A DNA stretch of 32,000 bases, from NCBI RefSeq assembly GCF_000018105.1, contig NC_009927.1:270001-302000 (forward strand). The letters run 5' to 3'. The DNA comes from Acaryochloris marina MBIC11017. GTDB taxonomy: Bacteria; Cyanobacteriota; Cyanobacteriia; Thermosynechococcales; Thermosynechococcaceae. The position numbers were made by a program, and so were the translations under genes. How positions within the stretch are numbered: the stretch's first letter is position 1; every line of letters starts with the position of its first letter. Below are positions 8,641-15,281 of the stretch, piece after piece. The notes under the pieces are model-generated. The model did no database searches. It saw nothing but the letters and a program-made list of their open reading frames with translations, and was not told where the DNA came from.

Positions 8641-8840
8641 GACCTAAAACGACCGAAGCTGAGATGGGCCAATGACGTTGCTCAAGCATCGATTCTGTCC
8701 GTATTGTGGAACGGCCTATCAAGCCTCAAAAGCACTCCATGTGGTGAAGGAAAGCTGCCGGCAATAGTGGCAGAATAGTCTCTCATTTAAGTACAAATAT
8801 ACTAAATTGCCCCATATCGCAGCTTCGGTCGTTTTAGGCC
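8641..8840. mobile_element. miniature Tn3-derived inverted-repeat element (TIME-like) or second transposon end
   Basis: 8641-8673 resembles 931-965 in direct orientation. 8681-8840 is an inverted copy (~85-90% by eye) of 931-1090, including the IR and the 3' end of the XRE/zinc-ribbon gene (LKHRFCPYCGTAYQA...). The flanks are tATTA / gATTA. Confidence 0.6.
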
Positions 8841-9245
8841 GATTAAACGCAGCTCACCAATCTTAAACCCGTCAGTAAATTTAATCTTTTTGGGACTCAG
8901 AAGCTTCCACCCAGAGGTTTTGTATTCTACTGACCGGGAATGCTTCTTAAACCTTGGAAAGCCAACGGGTTTTATACCCCGTTTGTAATTCTCATAGAAA
9001 CGGGTGATTGAACTCCAAGCTCACTCAGCACTTGCCTGCCGAGCCATAGAGTTGAGTTGCTTAGCAAAAGGAAAATCATTGGCAAGAACTCTACACAACT
9101 TATTTAAGTCGTATTTGCCCGTACCTTTGTTATCCATCCAAAAGCGCAAGCACTTATTACGAATGAATTGAGCCGTTCTGATGGCTTCATCAATTGCACT
9201 TGCTTGATGCTTACTGGTTCTTGCTTTAAACTCTAGTACAATCAT
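8841..9245 (-). pseudogene. tnpB: IS200/IS605-family TnpB (OrfB) 5' fragment
   Basis: The N-terminus MIVLEFKARTSKHQASAIDEAIRTAQFIRNKCLRFWMDN is typical of cyanobacterial TnpB. An in-frame TGA follows codon 74. The frame then continues AWSSITRFYENYKRGIKPVGFPRFKKHSRSVEYKTSGWKL...FTDGFKIGELRLI and is cut off at the transposon end (8840). Confidence 0.75.
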
Positions 9246-9256
9246 ACTATTATACT

Positions 9257-9281
9257 AGCATGTTCGGCATGACAACATGCT
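9257..9281. repeat. hairpin upstream of the tnpB remnant (possible IS605-type left-end structure)
   Basis: AGCATGTT - 9-nt loop - AACATGCT, a perfect 8-bp stem 12 nt upstream of the tnpB start. Confidence 0.35.
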
Positions 9282-9355
9282 GGGAATTAAGTGATATACA
9301 CATCTCTAACTAACATTTGTATAGCTGGAGTCTTCACGCACATTTTCTGGATAGA

Positions 9356-9697
9356 TTATTTAGAGGGCTGTAGATAGTTCTCTAGCGCTTCAGTTACAAG
9401 AGCATTGAGATTGATTCCCCGCTGCTGAGCTGCGATCGCAGCCCGCCTATGAAGTTGAGTTCCAGGTCTAATATTGAAGCTGCCTTTGAAGGGACGTTCA
9501 GGCTCAATCTCGTTTTCAGTACAATCAGCAAGATATTCATCAACGGCTCCATGAAAAGCAGATTTCAAAGATTGAACATCAGTACCCTCATAGCTAATCA
9601 GGCTGCGGATGAACTCAACCTTCCCAAAAAATACTTCATCCTCATCACTGAAATTCACAGAGCCAAAGTAGCCTTGGTATTCCATCATATTTTTCAT
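9356..9697 (-). CDS. hicB: HicB-family antitoxin
   Basis: 113 aa with the pattern YQGYFGSVNFSDEDEVFFGKV...EGTDVQSL...AVDEYLADC...PFKGSFNIRPGTQLHRRAAIAAQQRGINLNALV, typical of HicB. It overlaps hicA by 4 nt. Confidence 0.85.
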   Translation of the reverse strand: MKNMMEYQGYFGSVNFSDEDEVFFGKVEFIRSLISYEGTDVQSLKSAFHGAVDEYLADCTENEIEPERPFKGSFNIRPGTQLHRRAAIAAQQRGINLNALVTEALENYLQPSK

Positions 9698-9960
9698 AGC
9701 AGCCCCTCCTGCTCAAGAATGTCCATGACTTGTTCAATCTGATACTTCTTTAATATTTTTTTTGGATGGGGTTTATGAAGGCTGATCACAAGCCCCTCTT
9801 CATTAATGAAGCGTCTTCCAGAACCACCCGTTTTACCCGTCGATACTTCAGAGAATTGAAAAAAGGAAAGCAACAAAACTAACTCGTCCCAGGTAAAGTC
9901 TTTGGGCCGTGTGAGAAAGCGTTTAATCAGCTTCTCTTTTCGAGTCATATTGGAGGTCAA
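9694..9960 (-). CDS. hicA: HicA-family mRNA interferase toxin
   Basis: 88 aa with KLIKRFLTRPKDFTWDELVLLL...GGSGRRFINEEGLVISLHKPHP...KKYQIEQVMDIL, matching the HicA/YcfA-like pattern. It lies upstream of and overlaps hicB. Confidence 0.8.
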   Translation of the reverse strand: MTSNMTRKEKLIKRFLTRPKDFTWDELVLLLSFFQFSEVSTGKTGGSGRRFINEEGLVISLHKPHPKKILKKYQIEQVMDILEQEGLL

Positions 9961-9992
9961 AACTGCTTATATTATCTCTGATGCCACAGGAA

Positions 9993-10016
9993 CTTGCAAC
10001 TAAAAATAGTTGCAAG
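9993..10016. promoter_or_regulatory. 9-bp inverted repeat between the upstream operon stop and the hicA start (terminator or operator)
   Basis: CTTGCAACT - AAAAAT - AGTTGCAAG, located 33 nt upstream of the hicA ATG and 9 nt downstream of the 10025 stop. Confidence 0.3.
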
Positions 10017-10024
10017 CAGTCAAT

Positions 10025-10672
10025 CTACCTCTGACTTACCCGAAGAGACTGGCTATAGAATCCTCCTCGCTGCTCCACCCGAAATCCACCCAAAAGCACC
10101 CCGATCAACACAGCCACGGGCGCAAAACCAAGCCCTCGCGCTAAGTCACCGAACAACACAGCATCCTCTTTACCCTCAAGAAAGTCATGGATCGCACCCA
10201 CCCAAGCGCCAACATCCTCCTCATGGCTGACCTTCAGAGCAACCGCCTCCCCACTCTCTAGCTCATCCACAAATTCCAACACATCATCCTTGCTAACCTC
10301 ACCCACGACGGACTCCACAGGCTTCCCCGTGAACCCATGACGTTGCTTCCGTGACTTCGGCTGACGGCAGAGATCCGACACGTCGAGGAACATGGTCTCT
10401 TGAACCAACCCGGCCAAGAAGTCATCATCCAGCACTGGTCCTTGGGTATTATGTCGATCCTCCCAATCCTGGATCAGCAGTTCTGCTCGTTGACAGACAA
10501 CATCAGCAATGTCCCTGATCGCATCCCCAGCTACCCGAAGCTGTTCATGTGATGACCGACCTTGCAAATGCTGATCGAGTGATGCACACATCAGGGAAAT
10601 ATCAGCTTGTTCCGGTTCATCCAAAGCAGAGGCCAAAGCACTGGCAAAATCTAGCTCAAGCTGTTTGAACAT
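10025..10672 (-). CDS. hypothetical acidic protein with hydrophobic C-terminal segment
   Basis: 215 aa. The ATG overlaps the upstream gene by 17 nt. A C-terminal stretch GLGFAPVAVLIGVLLGGF looks like a TM helix. No family recognised. Confidence 0.5.
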   Translation of the reverse strand: MFKQLELDFASALASALDEPEQADISLMCASLDQHLQGRSSHEQLRVAGDAIRDIADVVCQRAELLIQDWEDRHNTQGPVLDDDFLAGLVQETMFLDVSDLCRQPKSRKQRHGFTGKPVESVVGEVSKDDVLEFVDELESGEAVALKVSHEEDVGAWVGAIHDFLEGKEDAVLFGDLARGLGFAPVAVLIGVLLGGFRVEQRGGFYSQSLRVSQR

Positions 10673-11186
10673 GGCGCTTATCCTTCAGTGGACAGTCCAC
10701 AATTTCGCACTCAGAAGGCTCCATGCGAATCGGCGGTTCAAACTCTGTAATTCCGTATCGTTCTCGTAGTACCCTCAGCACCTCTTTCAAATACCGATTA
10801 ACTTGAGTATTGGTCATCCCCATACAATGGACAGCTTCAATTTCCGCTAACTTCTCACTCCCCTGCCAGACACTGACGGCCATGGCATGGAGATGGGCAT
10901 CCTTGGGTTTCTCCTTGTAGAGGTAGAGTAAAGCTACTGGAGGGGCTTGGACGGGAATCGAAAAGGTTTCTGTGGTCTCGGCTGGTGCTGGTTTTGAGTT
11001 CCTATCCCTGTAATGTGCTCGTTGTTTTTCATTGTTCTCCCTGCGATGCCGATAATGCGATCGCTTCCGGGGGCAAGTCTTAGGATTCCAACAAGCCGTT
11101 GTCGTTTCAGGTCCGTGGAGTGAGATCGCTTCCTTTTGGGAAAGCTTCGAGCACTCTAAACAAAGCTTGTTGATAGGGCGTCCCAT
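10656..11186 (-). CDS. hypothetical protein: N-terminal Cys4 cluster plus basic tract
   Basis: I trimmed the 240-aa ORF to the ATG at 11186, which lies 1 nt after the vapC stop and is preceded by GGAGGAGG. It has CLEC...C..KTC followed by RKRSHYRHRRENNEKQRAHYRDR, and a C-terminal helical part (TNTQVNRYLKEVLRVLRERYGI). No family recognised. Confidence 0.5.
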   Translation of the reverse strand: MGRPINKLCLECSKLSQKEAISLHGPETTTACWNPKTCPRKRSHYRHRRENNEKQRAHYRDRNSKPAPAETTETFSIPVQAPPVALLYLYKEKPKDAHLHAMAVSVWQGSEKLAEIEAVHCMGMTNTQVNRYLKEVLRVLRERYGITEFEPPIRMEPSECEIVDCPLKDKRHVQTA

Positions 11187-11187
11187 C

Positions 11188-11598
11188 TCAAGCCTCCTCC
11201 TGCCAGTTTTCCCAGGCCAGACCATCCACCCGTGAAAACTCCCGAACATTATCCGTGACCAGGGTGAGGTCGTGAACCAGAGCAATGGCTGCAATTTGCA
11301 AATCATAGGGACCAATGGGAGTGCCCTTCGCTGCAAGAGCTGCCCGGATCTGGCCACAGACTTTGGCAACCTCGTCATTAAACGGAATCGATTGGAACTG
11401 GCGATAGAAAAGCCTGAGACGTTCTAAGTTAGCCTGTCGTTTGACACTTTTATAAGCGCCATAGAACAATTCACTCTTCACCGGAACGCACAATCTAATA
11501 TCAGCAGGAGTGTATTGTGCTAAACGCTTTGCAATTGCAGAGTCCTGGTTAGCCTTAAGCAGTTGGATACAGGCGTTTGTATCCAGTAAATAGGTCAT
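11188..11598 (-). CDS. vapC: PIN-domain toxin VapC
   Basis: 136 aa with PIN acidic residues in LLDTNACI, KSELFYG, YDLQIAAIA and LVTDNVREF. It overlaps the upstream antitoxin by 4 nt. Confidence 0.9.
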   Translation of the reverse strand: MTYLLDTNACIQLLKANQDSAIAKRLAQYTPADIRLCVPVKSELFYGAYKSVKRQANLERLRLFYRQFQSIPFNDEVAKVCGQIRAALAAKGTPIGPYDLQIAAIALVHDLTLVTDNVREFSRVDGLAWENWQEEA

Positions 11599-11837
11599 GT
11601 CCAGTCCTCACGGATCTCAAACTCGCCCTGATCGGATCGCGTCAACTCTCCCTCCCAACTGCCGATCACATCTGAAAAGAAACCCGGTTGCCATTCTGTA
11701 GTGGTGGGGGCAGAGGATTCAGCCGGAGACAGTAGAACCGTCACCTCTAAATCGGCATCCGCAAACTCCGTGGGCACCTCTAAGCGAAGAACGCCATCGG
11801 CACCCACATGGGAGCGAATCGAAATGGGTTGGCTCAT
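11595..11837 (-). CDS. VapC-associated antitoxin (VapB-like)
   Basis: 80-aa ORF overlapping vapC (ATGA). The call rests on gene order, size and the C-terminal W.GE..R..QGEFE.RE tail common in cyanobacterial PIN partners. Confidence 0.65.
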   Translation of the reverse strand: MSQPISIRSHVGADGVLRLEVPTEFADADLEVTVLLSPAESSAPTTTEWQPGFFSDVIGSWEGELTRSDQGEFEIREDWT

Positions 11838-12033
11838 CGATCACCTAGTTCTCAAAAGTCAACAATGAGGCGATGGCTCTGAAGGTCTTGGGTGAAACAT
11901 GCCTCTGAACTAGTGTACAAGTCGCCCTTCTGATATGACATATTTTAATGTAATTTTTAATGTAAATAAGATATTAGACACATATTTTATGTTGAAATTC
12001 TCTCCTTCAAATAAAGGATGAATTTTCGTAGGT

Positions 12034-14256
12034 TTAGAACTGAGGGGGTAGGAACATCTGCTGTCGGATGGCATTCCAATCATTTACCGAGAGGCCACTC
12101 GCTTGTTTACTGCAGTCGATCATGAGCTGGCAGGTTGAGAAGTAGTTGGTAAGCATTTGCAGGTCATCTTTGGACAAATCAAAGAGTTCTTGAGAGATAT
12201 TTAGAGACGAGCTGACTATTGATGTGAGTCCTTTAGATGAAGTTTTTAAGGCATGTGATGAATTTTTTAGACATGAGATGAGGGTTTGAAGTTCAACATC
12301 TACCATTAGTTTCTTATCCAGGGCAAATTGGGCCATGGCGAGAACGTTGCCGCGAGCGAAAGCGCTGGCCAGAGCGAGGTCGCTTGCGAGGGTGTCGTCG
12401 AGGGCATGGTCGAGGGCGACGTCCAGATTGAGGCCGCTTGAGAGGTTGCTTGCGAGGGCACGAACACTGGCGAGGTCGCCAATGGTGGCTATGGCTTTGG
12501 CTCGTTCGCTTTCACGTAAGCTGGCGATGACACTTGCACTGCTGGCAAAGCGTTCCCGGTCGCGGTCGCGGGCAAGGGCGACATCGAGGGCGAGAGCAAG
12601 GTCTAAGTCGAGAGCGAGGGCGAGAGTGAGGGCAATGGTGAGGTCAAAGATTAATATTAGGGTAAATACTCGTCTAATCTCACCAGAAAAGTCACTGATA
12701 GCAGTAGATGTCTTTGACTCAACCCAGGCTAGCAATCCGCTTAATTTAGGGTATTCAGAAAGCGCTTGAGTTTGTTCTTCCAATTGTTGCAAGAATTCGA
12801 TCGCAGAATGTCCTTTCAGCTCAGTTACGAGAAGAAAGACTCCTCGCCAATGCTTATCTGCGGCATGATTCTGAATTAATTGATCTTCGTAGCTCCAGTT
12901 TCTAATATACTCAGCGCAAAGATGTTCTTGAAGCGTTAGGTGAGAGAAAGAATAAATATCTGTAGCCTGCTTGACTAAGATCCCCGACTGCACTGCGATC
13001 TCTTCCATCAGTTTATTGACATCAAGATGCTTGGAGACATTCAAATTATTGGTCAAAAAGGCTGTAATCTGCTCAGCTAATTCATCTTTTTCAAAAAAAA
13101 GCTTGTCTTCTTCAAAGCCAACATAGGCGATTGACGCCAGCATATCTTTTTTTATATCAGCGCTGAAATCTTGATAGATTTCCCAGTTCTCATCCATTAA
13201 TTTTGAATTGGCCCAATCTTTTAATGAGAAGTCTAGTGCCTTGGAATAGAGTTTGGCCTGATTGTCGATAATTGTCTTTCCCTGTCGGCAGACTAAACAG
13301 ATGAACGCCAGCAGCAACGGGGTTTGGGGTAGTTCCTTCGTATAAATAAAGTCAGGTTCTTTGAGTTGTTCCCAAATCGTATTTACATATTCTGCCTTTT
13401 TCTCACGGGTCAGTTGGGGGTTGGGATCAGCATCAAACCATTTTTTGATGAATTCAAAGATCTGATCATCATCAAGTTCTGCAATAGCAACCGTTTTAAA
13501 TCCAGTGAAGTAAGTGGGATAAGCAGCGATTCGGCAGGAGGTAATAAATCGATTATTAGAGTATCGGTCTGAGAAATCTATAATGGATTGAACCACTTGA
13601 TTGAAACTACCGCTGAGTACTTCATCTAGTCCATCCAAGAGAATCAGAAAATCACCTGATTTGAGGGCATGATCAGTAAATTGTTCTGGTTTAGGAAAAC
13701 CACAAATCTCAAACTCTTCAGCAATAGATTTTTTGAGGTCTAGGTCTGGATCTCGTAATCGCTTCAAGTCCAAAAATACGGGAATTTTCTCATGGTCGTA
13801 ACTTTCCACATTCCTAAGTAGGGCTGCTAAGCCAACTTTACGGAGATAGGTGGTTTTACCAATCCCTGGACCGCCCAACACGCAGAGATATTGCTCTGTG
13901 TTTTCAACCGCTATCCCTTTCTGTTTAGCCTCTGTTTGCTGCCATAAATATCTTTGATGGGCTTCTCGGTATACTTTTTCTAGTCTTTCAATACTCTCTA
14001 GAATTTTGACCGTCTCAGCATCCATCATCTTGACGTTGGTGTAGATGTCATCAAAGGATATGGACTGCGACATCCCTAGTACTTGGATCTGACCATGACG
14101 CTTATAGTAATTTTGAGCATAGATCTCTGACAAGTTGTATATTTGCTGTTCTACTGATATCAGAGGCTGATTTTCAAGGAATTGACCAAAGACTTTGAGA
14201 CTAATACTAACAAGTCCTGTTACAGCAGTTTCTAAAGTTTTTCCCTCCAGTGACAC
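12034..14256 (-). CDS. NACHT-domain STAND NTPase with helical/low-complexity C-terminal region
   Basis: 740 aa. Walker A is VLGGPGIGKTTYLRKV and Walker B is FLILLDGLDEV. It has the NACHT-type FSHLTLQEHLCAEY motif, a pre-NACHT RHGQIQVLGM...FDDIYTNV segment, and a C-terminal Ala/Leu/Asp-rich segment and tail (...TNYFSTCQLMIDC...IRQQMFLPP). Confidence 0.9.
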   Translation of the reverse strand: MSLEGKTLETAVTGLVSISLKVFGQFLENQPLISVEQQIYNLSEIYAQNYYKRHGQIQVLGMSQSISFDDIYTNVKMMDAETVKILESIERLEKVYREAHQRYLWQQTEAKQKGIAVENTEQYLCVLGGPGIGKTTYLRKVGLAALLRNVESYDHEKIPVFLDLKRLRDPDLDLKKSIAEEFEICGFPKPEQFTDHALKSGDFLILLDGLDEVLSGSFNQVVQSIIDFSDRYSNNRFITSCRIAAYPTYFTGFKTVAIAELDDDQIFEFIKKWFDADPNPQLTREKKAEYVNTIWEQLKEPDFIYTKELPQTPLLLAFICLVCRQGKTIIDNQAKLYSKALDFSLKDWANSKLMDENWEIYQDFSADIKKDMLASIAYVGFEEDKLFFEKDELAEQITAFLTNNLNVSKHLDVNKLMEEIAVQSGILVKQATDIYSFSHLTLQEHLCAEYIRNWSYEDQLIQNHAADKHWRGVFLLVTELKGHSAIEFLQQLEEQTQALSEYPKLSGLLAWVESKTSTAISDFSGEIRRVFTLILIFDLTIALTLALALDLDLALALDVALARDRDRERFASSASVIASLRESERAKAIATIGDLASVRALASNLSSGLNLDVALDHALDDTLASDLALASAFARGNVLAMAQFALDKKLMVDVELQTLISCLKNSSHALKTSSKGLTSIVSSSLNISQELFDLSKDDLQMLTNYFSTCQLMIDCSKQASGLSVNDWNAIRQQMFLPPQF

Positions 14257-14476
14257 TGTTCTCTAATCCCCCAATAATATTGACTTTGATTATTATTAAT
14301 TGAATACGTTGATTCTCATATATTCCTTGGATTTAATTCATAAAAAGCATGAGCGATAGAGTAGGAAAGATGTATATATTTCTCTTCTTATTTGTTACTC
14401 AGCCTGCATAATAAACCTCAAAATTGCCGTACTTCTTCCCAATAATTTTTATGATATCTGGCTGCAATGCCATTGA

Positions 14477-14499
14477 TATGTTATTACAGTATGTTATAA
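14477..14499 (+). promoter_or_regulatory. candidate operator: tandem direct repeat upstream of the antitoxin gene
   Basis: TATGTTATTA cag TATGTTATAA, 26-48 nt upstream of the 14525 ATG. AbrB-type antitoxins commonly autoregulate through such repeats. Confidence 0.25.
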
Positions 14500-14524
14500 C
14501 GTTGGTATTGCTTGGTTTAGCGCT

Positions 14525-14848
14525 ATGACTGATAAAACTTACAAGGCATCTTGGGCCAAAATTGGGAATTCCTCTGGCTATCGGATCACGAGTGATTTCT
14601 TCCGGGAACATCCCGAGTTCGTTGGTTCAGATGGGGTTATCCAAGTCATTGCCCCAGACACCGTTGTCTTTTCACGCGCGAAGACGGAGGAAGAAGGCCA
14701 GGAGGAAGATGATCTAATGCTCAGTCTCTACCTGGACTTTCTAACCAAACAGGCCCTCGCTAACCCTGATGAGTTGGAAGAATATACTCAGGACATGGCC
14801 GATGAGGACGAAGAGTTAATCGCGGGTGTGATCCTCGATGCTGATTAA
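14525..14848 (+). CDS. prlF: AbrB/SpoVT-fold antitoxin, PrlF-like
   Basis: 107 aa. The N-terminus AKIGNSSGYRITSDFFREHPEF resembles a swapped-hairpin DNA-binding fold, and the C-terminal tail is acidic. It overlaps the YhaV-like toxin gene. Confidence 0.65.
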   Translation: MTDKTYKASWAKIGNSSGYRITSDFFREHPEFVGSDGVIQVIAPDTVVFSRAKTEEEGQEEDDLMLSLYLDFLTKQALANPDELEEYTQDMADEDEELIAGVILDAD

Positions 14849-15281
14849 TGACTGGAATATTTACTTTCTCAAACGCCTGTTTGGACAACAACGTTTGGCA
14901 TTAAGGACTGAAGTAAAGCGACTGAAAGCCACTCTACCGCCAGAAGACTATGTACGCCATCCCCAGGTGAAGCTCTATGCTGCTACCATGCAGGCGATCA
15001 AAGCGAAAATTCCAGCCGATCCCTTTGCGTCTCATTTTGCGTTGACTGGACCTCTCAAGAAGTTTGGTCGGGTGAAAAAGATGGGGATTCCTAATCGATA
15101 TCGGTTATTTTTTCGAGCGTTTAAAGTCCCTGAAAGTCAGTCCATCTTCGTCCTATGGTTGGGTTATCCCCGTAAGGAAGGTGATAAGAAGGATTGCTAT
15201 CGAGCGTTTCGAAAAATGGTTGAGCGGGGTGATTTCCCTGATTCTTTGGATGATTTGATGGTTGAAAGTGAGCAAGGTTGA
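14838..15281 (+). CDS. yhaV: YhaV-family ribonuclease toxin
   Basis: 147 aa. RYRLFFRAF, ...IFVLWLGYP... and DCYRAFRKMVERGDFP match, from memory, the E. coli YhaV motifs RYRLFFRY and DAYTVFSKMLKRGHPP. Confidence 0.7.
   Translation: MLINDWNIYFLKRLFGQQRLALRTEVKRLKATLPPEDYVRHPQVKLYAATMQAIKAKIPADPFASHFALTGPLKKFGRVKKMGIPNRYRLFFRAFKVPESQSIFVLWLGYPRKEGDKKDCYRAFRKMVERGDFPDSLDDLMVESEQG

Noticed and set aside
8148-8778. ORFs 8148-8357(+), 8266-8463(+), 8540-8722(-) and 8551-8778(+)
   Set aside because: They run through transposon terminal repeats or are antisense to the 112-aa ORF. 8551-8778 reads the decayed zinc-ribbon gene copy in the wrong frame.
9449-10230. ORFs 9449-9742(+) and 9994-10230(+)
   Set aside because: Antisense to hicB/hicA and to the 215-aa gene. 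The latter is Pro/His/Gln-rich low complexity.
10656-11378. 240-aa version of the ORF downstream of vapC
   Set aside because: The first 64 codons overlap the vapC 3' end in another frame. An ATG with a strong GGAGGAGG site lies 1 nt after the vapC stop, so I trimmed it to 10656-11186.
12335-12769. 144-aa Arg/Ala/Ser-rich ORF on the plus strand
   Set aside because: It is the antisense shadow of the GC-rich Ala/Leu/Asp hexamer-repeat region of the NACHT gene. Its composition is an artefact of reading GCx/CTC codons backwards.
14399-14611. 70-aa minus-strand ORF in the NACHT/prlF intergenic region
   Set aside because: It overlaps the antitoxin start and the AT-rich promoter region. No support.
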